Source: an uncultured Gemmatimonadales bacterium (GTDB lineage Bacteria; Gemmatimonadota; Gemmatimonadetes; Longimicrobiales; RSA9). From it: a stretch of 64,000 nucleotides of DNA. The notes below the pieces were generated by a model, which was given only the letters and a program-made list of their open reading frames with translations, was not told where the DNA came from and made no database searches. Both the position numbers and the translations under genes were made by a program. The stretch spans positions 828,489 to 892,488 of the forward strand of contig CAVUKA010000003.1 in assembly GCA_963741945.1 (NCBI GenBank), read 5' to 3'. This document shows, in pieces, positions 49,556-59,745 of the stretch (positions are counted from its first letter, which is position 1; every line of letters starts with the position of its first letter).

Positions 49556-50734
49556 TCAGGTGACCGCAGACCCGCGCAAGCGTCTTAGCTTCCGAGCCGC
49601 AGCAATCAGACGGGTCGCCGCGTAATCTACGTCTTCTTCCGTCGTCGTTCTCCCCAGTCCAATCCGTACTCCCTCACGAACCTGTTCGGGGGTGAGACCA
49701 ATCGCCGAGAGCACATGCGACGGCTGCGCTTTCGCACTCGCGCAGGCTGCGCCGGTGGAGAAGGCTAGGTCCGGAAGGTTGACCACGAGAGACTTCGCCT
49801 TTACGCCGGGAATGCCAAACGCCAGGTTGTGCGGAAGCCTTTCCCGCGGGTGGCCGTGCAGTCGCAGGTCGTCGAAATCCGATCGTAGACGGTCGAGGAG
49901 GCGGTCCCGAAGACTTCTCAGCCGCTCCCCCTCGGCTTCCAAGCGCTTGGCGGCGATTTCAGCGGCTGCGCCCAGTCCGACGATTCCGGGGACGTTCAGC
50001 GTCCCGGAACGCCACCCGCTTTCTTGCCCTCCTCCGAATTGCCGAGCCTGCAGCTTCACGCGCGGGTTCCGTGAGCGTACGTACAAAGCTCCAACGCCTT
50101 TGGGACCATAAAATTTGTGAGCACTCAAGGAAACGAGGTCGAGACCGAGTCCCTCGATACTTATGGGAATGTGCCCAACTGCCTGCGTTGCGTCAGTGTG
50201 AAACAGAACGCCGGCTTCTCGCGTGGCGCCCGCGATAACGGAGAGCGGTGCAAGTGTCCCGATTTCGTTATTCGCAGCCATTACGCTGACGAGAATCGTA
50301 TCCGGGCGCAGAGCCGCCGCCACACGATGAGGGTCCACGCGCCCCTCGTTGTCGACGCCGAGAAAGGTGATTTCGAATCCGCTATCCTCGAGGTGCCGGA
50401 GCGGATCGAGAACTGAAGGGTGCTCCGTCTGGACAGAAATGATGTGGCGCCCGCGCTCGCGATACTGCTCGGCGGCTCCAAGAAGGGCCAGGTTGTTTGA
50501 CTCGGTTGCCCCGCTAGTGAATACAATGTCGTCAGCGGAACAGCCGAGGAGTAACGCTAGTTGTTCCCTCGCGCGATCCACAGCGACGGTGGCCTCGTGC
50601 CCCAGGCGATGGTCACGGCTGGAAGCATTCCCGAACGCCCTGGTAAAGAACGGCAGCATTGCGTCGAGCACACCCGGATCAACAGGCGTTGTGGAATGAT
50701 GATCGAGGTAAACCGGGCGTTCTTCTCCTGTCAT
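49556..50734 (-). CDS. dndA: Cysteine desulfurase, DndA/IscS-type
   Basis: 'YLDHHSTTP', 'FTSGATESNN', 'SAHKFYGPKG', 'STGAAC'; ATGA overlap with dndE. Confidence 0.9.
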   Translation of the reverse strand: MTGEERPVYLDHHSTTPVDPGVLDAMLPFFTRAFGNASSRDHRLGHEATVAVDRAREQLALLLGCSADDIVFTSGATESNNLALLGAAEQYRERGRHIISVQTEHPSVLDPLRHLEDSGFEITFLGVDNEGRVDPHRVAAALRPDTILVSVMAANNEIGTLAPLSVIAGATREAGVLFHTDATQAVGHIPISIEGLGLDLVSLSAHKFYGPKGVGALYVRSRNPRVKLQARQFGGGQESGWRSGTLNVPGIVGLGAAAEIAAKRLEAEGERLRSLRDRLLDRLRSDFDDLRLHGHPRERLPHNLAFGIPGVKAKSLVVNLPDLAFSTGAACASAKAQPSHVLSAIGLTPEQVREGVRIGLGRTTTEEDVDYAATRLIAAARKLRRLRGSAVT

Positions 50735-51123
50735 GCAGCCGTGCGCGCCTGCGAGGGCACGAGGCCGAGGAGGTCCGAGTAATCGCGGACGCGGTTGCAG
50801 ACCATGTTTGCGCCGCGATTCATGTGAGCTCGGAGCTGGGACAGGTACTCTCCGTCGGGATCTAGGCCGTCCTGCAGAAGCCGCTCCTTCAGGTAAACGT
50901 CGAACAGTTGCTCCCACTCCCCGAAGAGCGTCGATCTGTTCAGCTCCGGTCCCTCTTCATCGAAGGACTCCGCCTGTGGGATTCCAGGCTCCGCGAGGGA
51001 CATGATGAACCCGAGCCTGCATAGCAAGTTTGGTGTGACGCCTAGCTTTCCCTTTAGATTGCGGAGCCGAAACCCGACGTCCGAGCTAAGCCGAAGCCGG
51101 TTCCATTTCACTTGCGCGCTCAT
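50731..51123 (-). CDS. dndE: DNA sulfur modification protein DndE
   Basis: 'LKGKLGVTPNLLCRLGFIMSL...ELNRSTLFGE...AHMNRG'. Confidence 0.9.
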   Translation of the reverse strand: MSAQVKWNRLRLSSDVGFRLRNLKGKLGVTPNLLCRLGFIMSLAEPGIPQAESFDEEGPELNRSTLFGEWEQLFDVYLKERLLQDGLDPDGEYLSQLRAHMNRGANMVCNRVRDYSDLLGLVPSQARTAA

Positions 51124-53143
51124 AGGTCCCTCCGTCCCAGAAGTACCCGGGTTCAATGACGGTGTGTTGCCAATCTTCTATGAACTCCAACCGGTAGCTA
51201 CGAGCAGTAGCGCCGGCGAGACCCTCGAAGTAAATGCGGTCGATTTCGGTGTCCGTCGAGAGAATGATCACCTGGTGCGCGGCTTCCGGGAAATATCCTT
51301 CGATTAGGCGCCGTCGATGATCTGCGTCCAAGCGCCCGAGCGGTGTGTCAATGATCAGCGGCAACGGCCTGCCGGATGTCTGCGCAAGTGCCCAAAGCAT
51401 AGCAATCGCATAGATCTGCTTCTCACCTGCCGAGAGGTCTCGCTTCGGCAAGGCGCGGCCGCCACTGTCTACGAGCAGAACCTCGAACGTTACGGGATCA
51501 ATCCTTACCTGCTCCACAAGTTCATCTTTCCGGGCGAGGCGATTGAAGCACTTCACGAACCGGTCACTCAGGTCAGACAGCTTTTCCTCCGTGAGTCGGG
51601 CCTCAAACCTCGAGAGCACCTCCTGAACGGACTTCATAAGCCGCACACGGGTAACCTCCCCTTGTGCGGCGATAGCTTCCTCTCGGGCCTTTCTGGTCTC
51701 ACGCTCGTTCTGGGTGATCCGCGTACAGAAGCGCTCAATCGCAGCCTCCTGCTGGCGAGCCGCTTGTTCCATCCGTCCGAGGTCCGCGTGGGCGGCGTTC
51801 AGCTCTTCAAGAAGCGGACGGAGCACGTCATCGGCAGGTGCAGCGCGCAACCGCTGCTCAACGCGGGCGCGTGCCCGCGTTGCGCGCTCGAGTCGAGCCT
51901 CCAGATCCTGAACGAGTTCGGGGATTTTGGTCTGCACTTCTCGGATCCATGCCTGAAGCCGCCGTGCGTCGCCTTCCGAAACGTCGAAGACCGGATCGGT
52001 ATGTGCTTCAACGGCGTCCAAGGAGAGGATTTCGCGTACGCGGGCCTTCAGGAGTCGAGAGATCTTCCCGCGGGTCTGGTGGTGGATTTTCTCGAACGTG
52101 CTGACCTCCTCTTCCAATGCGCTGTTCAGCTTCGTCAGCTTCGACATCAGGAGGGTGCGGGCAGCAACCACCTGCTGCCTTTCGGATTCACTCCTAAGCC
52201 TTCGCTCAACGCCCTCGCCGAGCTCCGGCGCAAGCGCAAACGGCAGCAGTGTTTCGCAGAGACTGCGCACATGGGTATTAATCTCGGCCAACTCGGCTTC
52301 AAGTCGTCCGCGCTTCTCGATATACTCCTCGCGCTTCTCAGCGTAAGCGCCGCCCTCGCGGCGAATCCGCTCCTCGATCCGCGCGATTACCTTCTGCTGC
52401 TCAGCGATCGTGGAGCGGATCCTGTCTGCCTCGCTCTCCGCAGCCGCAAGCTCCGCACGGAGTGCAGCTAGTTCCTTCTCCCTTACGGCCGAAGCCTCGC
52501 GAGCCGCCCGGCCGGCGGAGGCGCTCGAGGCTCTCCCGATGAGGACATCGAGGTCAGCTTGGAGCCGGTCCGCGTAATCTAAACCGATCAAGTTCTTGAC
52601 GGAGCGGGCGAAATCGAGGTTCTCCCCATCTTCCGCAAGCGCCTGAATCTTCTCTCCGTCGAAGAAAAACAGCTGCGAAATGCCAGGTGGAATGAGGTCG
52701 CGGACGAAATCCTCCCACTGATCCTGGTCCAGATCGCCGAGCGGCTTACCATCGCGCTTTACGAGGAGGCTCTCTACGGCCCTAGCGCCCCGGATGCGCC
52801 AGCTTCTTTCGACGAGATAATCCGTGGCCTTGCCAGCGTGAACGTGCTGAAACTCAATGGCAACTGCGGCCTCCTCCAGCGACACTGTAGGATTCCGCGG
52901 TCGGTGAATTCGATCCCGTAGAAAGGTTTCGTAATCAACGCGACGCACGCGAGCGCCGAGCGCGCGCTGCCCGTACAGACAGACCCGAATCGCGTCGAGG
53001 ATTGATGTTTTTCCGCTTCCGTTTCGGCCGCCGATCAGCACGATCGGCTTCTTGGGACTGCTGGCGAGCTGTGGTCGCAGATCGATTGCATGCGCGCCGC
53101 AGAACACGCCGTAGTTCTTGAGGCGCAGGCGGGTGATGATCAT
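51086..53143 (-). CDS. dndD: DNA sulfur modification ATPase DndD (SMC-like)
   Basis: 'GGRNGSGKTS', 'LFFFDGEKI', 'LSAGEKQIYA', 'IIDTPLGRLD', 'LSTDTEI'; TAATG coupling to dndC. Confidence 0.95.
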   Translation of the reverse strand: MIITRLRLKNYGVFCGAHAIDLRPQLASSPKKPIVLIGGRNGSGKTSILDAIRVCLYGQRALGARVRRVDYETFLRDRIHRPRNPTVSLEEAAVAIEFQHVHAGKATDYLVERSWRIRGARAVESLLVKRDGKPLGDLDQDQWEDFVRDLIPPGISQLFFFDGEKIQALAEDGENLDFARSVKNLIGLDYADRLQADLDVLIGRASSASAGRAAREASAVREKELAALRAELAAAESEADRIRSTIAEQQKVIARIEERIRREGGAYAEKREEYIEKRGRLEAELAEINTHVRSLCETLLPFALAPELGEGVERRLRSESERQQVVAARTLLMSKLTKLNSALEEEVSTFEKIHHQTRGKISRLLKARVREILSLDAVEAHTDPVFDVSEGDARRLQAWIREVQTKIPELVQDLEARLERATRARARVEQRLRAAPADDVLRPLLEELNAAHADLGRMEQAARQQEAAIERFCTRITQNERETRKAREEAIAAQGEVTRVRLMKSVQEVLSRFEARLTEEKLSDLSDRFVKCFNRLARKDELVEQVRIDPVTFEVLLVDSGGRALPKRDLSAGEKQIYAIAMLWALAQTSGRPLPLIIDTPLGRLDADHRRRLIEGYFPEAAHQVIILSTDTEIDRIYFEGLAGATARSYRLEFIEDWQHTVIEPGYFWDGGTYERASEMEPASA

Positions 53144-54570
53144 TAGTTTCGCTCCGCTCGCAGGGCCAGTAGTTCCTCGGGGGTGCGCCATTCCTCGCGG
53201 AATGCCGCCTCAAGCTGGCTATAGATCCCGGCCCGGCGGTTCATCCCCATGTAGCTACGTTCAACGTCCAGGAGCTTGGCGACCAGTTCAGCCGGGACCT
53301 CATGCTCCGAGCAGATCTCGGCCAGAATGGCGGTCTCCCGAACTCCGTAGCTCCCATTGTCGTCCACCAGCCACGCGAGGTCCACCCCTTTAACTTGGCG
53401 ATAGATGGCCGGTACGGAGTCCTGCCAATCCTGGCGCTCAACTCTCCAGATGCGCCGGATCTCGTGAAGCTCCGATTCCGAGATCAGCGCGAAATCGGTG
53501 TCGCCGGACATTTCCTGTGCGGCCACCTCGGCCTCGAGCAGCTGTTTCAGAAAGGCGCGACAGGTCTCGAGCGAGTAGGGGCCAGGAATGATGGAACCGT
53601 CTTGTTTGAACGAAACCCTACCGTTCTTCCGCTTGTACTCGCGAAGCTCCACCTTTCGCTCTGGGTCCTGCGTCTTCGCGAGCATGTTTCTGAAATCGAG
53701 CAGGGGTGTGAGCCACTCCTGCCCCGAACGGACGAGCGACTCCATGGACTGGTCCTTTACCACCACTGTGCAAACCCAGCATCCGAAGCGGCTATTGCCG
53801 CAGGAGGGTGTTGTCTCGTCAATGACTAGGGGGCATTCGCCCGCGTTCGCGTTCCGATACAAGTCGAGGAGTTCGTGATTATCGTTCCCCCACGGCGAGT
53901 CGACCTCGAGGAGGAACGACCAAATGTCCCGGACCGAGAACTCCTCCACAGGCGTGTAGACAAAGGCATTCGGGAGGCTGGAGTGGCGCTTCAGCAGTTT
54001 GCCCGGGATGCGGTGGAGGCTGAGCACCTGGTCTCTGGTGGTACTCTCACCCCTTCTTACACCCAGGATCATGACGACCTCGCCGTGTTCTGCAACGCGA
54101 TCGAGGATGAACTTGTTCGCCGGCTTGATCTTGAGGCGGTCGGTGCACCAGCGGAAGCGGCTAGAGGGTGCCGCGTACCCATGACCGAGGAGGTTCACCC
54201 AAAAACTATCCGCGAGGGCTGGCTCAACCTTTTCGGCGTGAAAAGGTAGCCCATGGGCGGCAGCGGCCTCGTTGATGCGTGCCAGCGTCGTGTCAATGTA
54301 CTCAACGATAACCGGCGTCTCGACCTGGGTGTCCGAGGCGATGACGAAGATCTTCTTCTTACGCTTCTCGGCTGGCAGGCTGCGTACTGCTTCCCAAATC
54401 AGCTGTAGCGCGGCCGTACTGTCCTTCCCGCCGCTATAACCCACGATCCAAGGGCGGTCATCGCCCACGTAAACTGTGCGAATTTCGTCATAGATATCGT
54501 CGATTGTCCTGTGATCGAACACCGAAGGCGGCTCGTCTTCGGAAACCACCCGAACCAACTGCTCAGCCAC
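53143..54570 (-). CDS. dndC: DNA phosphorothioation sulfurtransferase DndC
   Basis: 'PWIVGYSGGKDS', 'RWCTDRLKIKP', 'ECPLVID...SCGNSRFGCWVC'. Confidence 0.96.
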   Translation of the reverse strand: MAEQLVRVVSEDEPPSVFDHRTIDDIYDEIRTVYVGDDRPWIVGYSGGKDSTAALQLIWEAVRSLPAEKRKKKIFVIASDTQVETPVIVEYIDTTLARINEAAAAHGLPFHAEKVEPALADSFWVNLLGHGYAAPSSRFRWCTDRLKIKPANKFILDRVAEHGEVVMILGVRRGESTTRDQVLSLHRIPGKLLKRHSSLPNAFVYTPVEEFSVRDIWSFLLEVDSPWGNDNHELLDLYRNANAGECPLVIDETTPSCGNSRFGCWVCTVVVKDQSMESLVRSGQEWLTPLLDFRNMLAKTQDPERKVELREYKRKNGRVSFKQDGSIIPGPYSLETCRAFLKQLLEAEVAAQEMSGDTDFALISESELHEIRRIWRVERQDWQDSVPAIYRQVKGVDLAWLVDDNGSYGVRETAILAEICSEHEVPAELVAKLLDVERSYMGMNRRAGIYSQLEAAFREEWRTPEELLALRAERN

Positions 54571-54910
54571 GCTGCCCCCAATGGGGCGATCCCGCCCCGT
54601 CGAAAAGATTTGGTTCGTCGCGTTCGGCCTCGCTCTGGTCGAGTCTGCGTGCCTCCGCTTCCTCAGCCAAAACCTGCCCTAAGCGCTTAGAAACCGCCAA
54701 TATCCGCTCACCCTGAATCTGCAGAATTGCAGCAACCGCCTTCAGGTTATCCGGCCGAGGTACGCGCTCCCCCGTCCGCCAGTAGTGTAGGGTTTGAGGG
54801 TGTAGCCCGGCCCGCTGCATCACCGCGCGGATGGAGAGCTGCGAGGCCTGTGCAGCTTCCTCTGCGAGCTTCTGCAGTTGGTCCGTGCTGATCGTTTGCC
54901 AGTCAGCCAT
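54563..54910 (-). CDS. XRE-type HTH protein (alternative start 54949)
   Basis: 'LSIRAVMQRAGLHPQTLHYWRTGERVPRPDNL'; stop overlaps the dndC start. Confidence 0.7.
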   Translation of the reverse strand: MADWQTISTDQLQKLAEEAAQASQLSIRAVMQRAGLHPQTLHYWRTGERVPRPDNLKAVAAILQIQGERILAVSKRLGQVLAEEAEARRLDQSEAERDEPNLFDGAGSPHWGQRG

Positions 54911-54937
54911 AGGTGCTGCGGGATACGAAGTTAGACA

Positions 54938-54975
54938 ATCGTAAAACATCTTCCTCCTGTTGACAAGAATCTCAA
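54938..54975 (-). promoter_or_regulatory. Putative sigma70 promoter/operator of the XRE-dndCDEA operon
   Basis: Minus strand TTGTCA-N17-TACGAT; palindrome TTGA-N8-TCAA (54960-54975) over the -35 box. Confidence 0.5.
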
Positions 54976-55099
54976 CTTCTCGCCCCGGATACTAGTGCTG
55001 GCTGGAAGACGGAGGCGAAGGCGACCCCCGGGACGGCTGCACTGCCGATTTTGCTTGACGGCTGAGTCCTCCCAAACTCCGAACCTTCGCGAGCGGATT

Positions 55100-55588
55100 C
55101 TACACGAACAGGTGGTCGGCGGTATCAATGAGTTCGTCCAGGATCTCGGCGTATCGGGGAAGAAACTCCTCTGGGCTTCGAGGCTGTGCGTCCCCGTAGC
55201 GCTCGACCAGCAGGTCGAACCCGCCGCTGGCGTAGCGGTTCAATAGAGCCACACCTTCAGCACCGAGAGCCAGCGCTCTCGAGTTGACCAGCTGTGAAAG
55301 CAATTCTTGAATCTCTTTCCGGTCTTCGACGCGGTAGCCTACGCGCGCCATTTGAGCCAGCAATAAGAGCGACACGAATATCAACTCGACGGGCTTATAA
55401 TCCTCGATCACGTACTGGACAAAGACCGGCGCCGGAATCCCGGCCTCCCCTGGATCGCTGCTCCGCTGCCCGAACAGACCGAGCATCGCGCACAAGTGAT
55501 AAATATCCCATTTCGACTTGATGGGTTGTGCGCCCTGAATATGACGGAAGAATTCGTCGGCGTCCTCGCGCAGCCGGAAGTCAGCCAT
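55100..55588 (-). CDS. pbeD: PbeD-like protein
   Basis: 162 aa, 'FRL...WDIYHLC...LLNRYASGGF'; fourth gene after the PLD-helicase, small gene and ATPase. The call rests mainly on synteny. Confidence 0.65.
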   Translation of the reverse strand: MADFRLREDADEFFRHIQGAQPIKSKWDIYHLCAMLGLFGQRSSDPGEAGIPAPVFVQYVIEDYKPVELIFVSLLLLAQMARVGYRVEDRKEIQELLSQLVNSRALALGAEGVALLNRYASGGFDLLVERYGDAQPRSPEEFLPRYAEILDELIDTADHLFV

Positions 55589-57569
55589 CTCGCTCCTCCT
55601 CCCGGAACTCGACTGAGTCGAAGAACGCCCGATCGCGGACGATCACGCCCCCCTCCACGCGTTGAACCCCGTTCGGGGGGAGCTTATCAAGAAGTTCTTG
55701 ATTTTCAGGGCGATCGGCAAACGCGGTCAAGAAGATCACGTTGTCACTGCCGGCTGAGCGCTCCAGTGCCGGCACAAAGCCGGCGCGCTCTCGGTCGATG
55801 ATAAATCCGACGAACTGGGGGCAAATGTGAGGGAGCTTCCCTCCCACCTCTGAGGCCACGCGCGTGTCCAATGCAAGCGCTGGCGCGTCAACTACGAACG
55901 GCAGCGAATTGTGCCCCCTGCCGAACAGCGTCGACAGAAAGCTGTAGCCCACAGCGAGAGTCTGTCCCTGACTAGCTCCCTTTTGGCCGCTCAGGATCAG
56001 CGATCGATCGATCGCTTCGACGGTGATCTCATGCCCCTCCAAGACGTCGCTGAGATTTCGATTCATGTCCTCCACGATCGCGTCGCTAAGCTGCCTCAAC
56101 GCTATCTGGCGAGCCCGAGACAGAATGGTTCTCAAGGTCTGAGTATTCTGACGCAGGGTCAGAGTTTCCGTGACTTCGGCGTACGCATTCTCTGCGTCTT
56201 CTAGCTCCCTGTCCCAAAAAGCGATACAGAGAAGTGAATCGTCCGTCTTCCTGTCCGTCGGCTTCGGCTTCCGGGTCAGCTCCTCAATCACCCCTACGAG
56301 CTTTCCGAGGCGCGACTCTTTGGCCTCCAGATCTGACAGTATCACAGCGAGCTCGTCGTCCCCCTGCTCGACCAGTTGCTGGGCGATTCCGGTGAGCCGT
56401 GTATCGATAGCGTCTCGGTCGTGTGCTGCGGCCGCGAGCCGCTGCCCCAGCTCCGAAAGTGAGGCGGTGGGCGCCTCGACGGCTTCCACCATGCGTGCCA
56501 CATCTGTCTTGAGTGCGTTGATCACTCCGGCGGCATCGTCAGCGAGGTACTGCTCTGATTTTCGACGAATGCTGTCCTTCGAACTCTCGTCGAGCGGGCG
56601 GCCGCAAATGCACTCGACTTCCTCGAGGAGTTCCTCGAAGAAGCGCCGAGACGTGCTCTCAGGGAGCTTCAACCTGTCCAGGTGGTCTCTTAGCTGCACG
56701 AGTGCATCGGCCACCCGACGGTTGAACTTGTGAGGCTCGCGCAATCGGTCCATGAGGGCACCAGAACCCGTAGCGACGTCCTCTGCGGCGAATTCAAGCT
56801 GCCGTTGCAGTTCCTCCCGCTTCGTCCGCAGCTCCTCCGTCCGACCGGTATGGAGATCCCTTCGGCCGCGAAGTTCAGCGACGTCTTGCTCTAGGATATC
56901 TGTGTGGGCACTTGCCTCACGCAACGCTTCCTTCAACTCTCGAACCTTGCTCCTCAACTCATCGCGGCGATTCTTGCGCGCCGTGAGGCCAGCCTGCGCC
57001 GTGGCACCCACCTTATCCGCGCGTTTCTCCCAGATCCCGTTAAGCGCTGCGCCCAGCTCGTCCAAGAGGTAAAGCTGAAAAAATGCTTCGATGGCTTCCT
57101 CTGCGCGTGTATTCGCGGAATCCAGGAGTGCCTGGGGTAACTCCCCATCGAAAACGATCAGGTTCACGAAATGCGGTTCTAGGAAGCGGAGCAGTTCAAC
57201 CGGCGGGTCGTACTTCGCCTTCTGCCCCCGATGGAATGTCGTCGCGTAGTGAATCAGTCCGGCTTCGAAGTCGAAATCCATGCGGAACGTGAGAGGACTC
57301 CCGTCGAATCGAAGACGGAGTTCAAAGCTACCGCTGTCCGCCGATAGACCCCTTCGCCGGAACGACCGGACCTTTTCTTGGTCCCAATTTCGGGCTTCAC
57401 CAGTGAGCGCGGCGCGGAGGCAGCGCAGGGTGGTTGTCTTTCCCGTTCCGTTCGGCATCTGAAGCAGTGCGACTCGAGCGGGAGATTGCCTGTCGCCTTT
57501 ACGGAAGTCAAAGGAAAAGTCTGGGCAGCGAAGGTTATGCGCCTCCCAACCCAATAGTTCCAAGTTCAT
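55581..57569 (-). CDS. pbeC: PbeC-like Rad50/SMC-type ATPase with CxC motif
   Basis: 'MPNGTGKTT', 'VFDGE', coiled coils with 'ECICGR', 'ASQGQ', 'FVVDAP'. Confidence 0.78.
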   Translation of the reverse strand: MNLELLGWEAHNLRCPDFSFDFRKGDRQSPARVALLQMPNGTGKTTTLRCLRAALTGEARNWDQEKVRSFRRRGLSADSGSFELRLRFDGSPLTFRMDFDFEAGLIHYATTFHRGQKAKYDPPVELLRFLEPHFVNLIVFDGELPQALLDSANTRAEEAIEAFFQLYLLDELGAALNGIWEKRADKVGATAQAGLTARKNRRDELRSKVRELKEALREASAHTDILEQDVAELRGRRDLHTGRTEELRTKREELQRQLEFAAEDVATGSGALMDRLREPHKFNRRVADALVQLRDHLDRLKLPESTSRRFFEELLEEVECICGRPLDESSKDSIRRKSEQYLADDAAGVINALKTDVARMVEAVEAPTASLSELGQRLAAAAHDRDAIDTRLTGIAQQLVEQGDDELAVILSDLEAKESRLGKLVGVIEELTRKPKPTDRKTDDSLLCIAFWDRELEDAENAYAEVTETLTLRQNTQTLRTILSRARQIALRQLSDAIVEDMNRNLSDVLEGHEITVEAIDRSLILSGQKGASQGQTLAVGYSFLSTLFGRGHNSLPFVVDAPALALDTRVASEVGGKLPHICPQFVGFIIDRERAGFVPALERSAGSDNVIFLTAFADRPENQELLDKLPPNGVQRVEGGVIVRDRAFFDSVEFREEERDG

Positions 57570-57784
57570 GTTTCAGTCCCAAGATCGGTTTTCAGGGCCG
57601 ACTCAAGCGCGCGGTAGTGCTCTTCCACATCGCTTCCCCGCCCGAGGTTGGATTCTCCTCTTGCAGTCGCTCGCAACCATGCCAGGAGACGATCGGCGAC
57701 GACGTCATCCTGCCCGTTTTCGCGCACCGCCTCCCTTATTGCCCCAACCACCTGGCTGTCGAAGATTTGATCTCCCGTACTCAA
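57566..57784 (-). CDS. pbeB: PbeB-like small protein
   Basis: 72 aa, 'IREAVRENGQDDVVADRLLAWL'; overlaps both neighbours by 4 nt. Confidence 0.65.
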   Translation of the reverse strand: MSTGDQIFDSQVVGAIREAVRENGQDDVVADRLLAWLRATARGESNLGRGSDVEEHYRALESALKTDLGTET

Positions 57785-59745
57785 GCCTTCCTCCTCGTTC
57801 TTGAGAGTTGGGTAAGCCAGTTCCTTCTCTCAGCATCAGCGCTCACGGGCTCCCCATCGTCGAGATTTTCATCCAACGCATCCGCCCGTACGAAATCAAC
57901 GATCAAGGCTCGCTTTTCCGGATTAAGAGGATCCGTTCTGAGGCACCGGCCCATACGCTGTATGGTCTCCAGTTTAGCCCGATCGGATGCGAACAAAACC
58001 ACCGTGGTCAGACCGCGGACGTCGATACCCTCAGAAATCCTGTGGCATGTTATGAGGCAATCAAGTTCGCCCTTCGCAAAAGCCTCCAACCGGTCTTGCT
58101 GATCATCGCTGTAGTATGTCGAGTACCGACTCGTATAGCCGTGTACAAGGTCCAAGAGTTGCTCACCGAAGGCGGTGTCGTGGACAAAGATGATGCAGCT
58201 CTCCAGAGCGGACGAGTTGCTTTTCAGGTACTCAGAAAAGGCAGGTATCTTGTTCTCGGCCGTCTTGTAGACGTCTGAGAGGCGCCTCCACACCTCTTCC
58301 TTCGTCATCGGCTTCCCTTCTTTGGCCCGAGCTGCCTGGAGTCCGTAGACTGCCTGCAATCGCTGGCGGTCGTAGTCGGTTAATTCAAAGACGAGCTCAT
58401 GATAGTCGAACTCGCAGAGGATGCCCCGCTCGATAGCCTCAGAGAGCCCGAAGCGAAAAATCACTTCGCCGACCTCCTCCTCTATGAATATGTTGCCTTC
58501 TTCATCGTATGTGCGTTCGGGAGTCGCGCTCAGGCCTAGAACATACCGAAACTGCCTGTGTGCACCTGACAATTCGGCGCGGTTCTGGGGACTTCCAAAC
58601 CGATGCACCTCATCGTGTACAATCATCGTTCGCGGATGGGCGGCTGGTGGGAGCCCTTTGATCACGCTCGCAAGTTGCTGCCGAGAGGCCACGAGCACGG
58701 ATTTGCGTGGGTGAGCAACATACCGGCCGAGCTGGTGGTACCGGTCAAAGTGCCGATAGATCGAGATACGCGGCTCGTCGATCCATCGAATCAGTTCCCC
58801 AGCCCATTGATTCAGCAAGTCGGTCCCAAACGTCGCCACAATCAGGCTGTCGATCTCACCCAGTTCGTAGAGTGTGCTGAAGATCCTGAGTGCCGTGCGG
58901 GTCTTGCCAGTTCCTGTGGCCATCTCCAGGACGCCGCGCTTCTTGTCCAAGAAAGCGGCTATCGCAGCATCCTGGTGACGCCAGAGGTTCTCGGGTTCGG
59001 GGCGAGACTTGGGAGCCGAGAAGGGAGGCGTGTCAGGAGAATACGTGCGGATTTGCTCCAGAAACGCCTCGGAAGGCTCTGAAATGGCAAGTCCCTTAAG
59101 TCGTCCCTCCCACGCTTCCTCAAACTGCTGCACCTTGGTCCTGACTCTTGTCTCGTCCCCGGCGACCCAACTCCGGAAGACATCTAGGGTTTCATGGTTG
59201 CGCGAGTGGCCGCCTTGCGTTTCGTTGGCAGAGCCTGTGAAAGCGACAGAGTATCCTCCGTCGAATTCGAACACTCCGATCTTTTCGTGGAAGATCGCCC
59301 CGCTCTCGAAACGCTCAGGGAGAGCGAAGCGGAGAGCCAGCCGTTCGTTGGCAATCATCCACGCAAATACCTCCCGACGCACATCCGACAATTCAGTTGG
59401 CTGGAGACTCTGCATCAACTGACTAAGAAGGTCGTCAACGACCTTTCGGCGCAGCTTCTCCCGAGCCTCACCTCCCTCCACAGCGCGCCGTAGGGCCTTC
59501 AAGTCCTCGTCGGAGAGCACCGGCGCAATGAGCAGCCGAATCCCCGCGCTACTCGCGTTCAAGAGGCGGGGGAGCGCCCCCACCCAGCTCGCGAGGGCGT
59601 CGGTCGTGAAATACGCCGCTGCTCGGCTGTAACGGGAGCAATGGCTCAAACAGGGCTCGAAGAAGTCCGTAGCAAGATCGCTCGTTCCCGACCTATAGTG
59701 CGGCTTAAGGTGTGCAATAGCGCTCGGGAGTTCATGCATCGTCAC
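57781..59745 (-). CDS. pbeA: PbeA-like PLD-nuclease/SF2 helicase fusion
   Basis: 'IFHEKIG...FTGSANET' (PLD), 'MATGTGKT', 'DEVH', 'GLSATPER', 'EGIDV', 'IQRMGRCLR'. Confidence 0.82.
   Translation of the reverse strand: MTMHELPSAIAHLKPHYRSGTSDLATDFFEPCLSHCSRYSRAAAYFTTDALASWVGALPRLLNASSAGIRLLIAPVLSDEDLKALRRAVEGGEAREKLRRKVVDDLLSQLMQSLQPTELSDVRREVFAWMIANERLALRFALPERFESGAIFHEKIGVFEFDGGYSVAFTGSANETQGGHSRNHETLDVFRSWVAGDETRVRTKVQQFEEAWEGRLKGLAISEPSEAFLEQIRTYSPDTPPFSAPKSRPEPENLWRHQDAAIAAFLDKKRGVLEMATGTGKTRTALRIFSTLYELGEIDSLIVATFGTDLLNQWAGELIRWIDEPRISIYRHFDRYHQLGRYVAHPRKSVLVASRQQLASVIKGLPPAAHPRTMIVHDEVHRFGSPQNRAELSGAHRQFRYVLGLSATPERTYDEEGNIFIEEEVGEVIFRFGLSEAIERGILCEFDYHELVFELTDYDRQRLQAVYGLQAARAKEGKPMTKEEVWRRLSDVYKTAENKIPAFSEYLKSNSSALESCIIFVHDTAFGEQLLDLVHGYTSRYSTYYSDDQQDRLEAFAKGELDCLITCHRISEGIDVRGLTTVVLFASDRAKLETIQRMGRCLRTDPLNPEKRALIVDFVRADALDENLDDGEPVSADAERRNWLTQLSRTRRKA

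Noticed and set aside
49556-50734. Housekeeping iscS
   Set aside because: It overlaps dndE within the island and has no isc/suf neighbours, so it is called dndA.
55581-57569. Second dndD or SbcC/Rad50
   Set aside because: It lacks the DndD-specific C-terminal motifs seen in 51086-53143, has no SbcD partner, and its context fits PbeC better.
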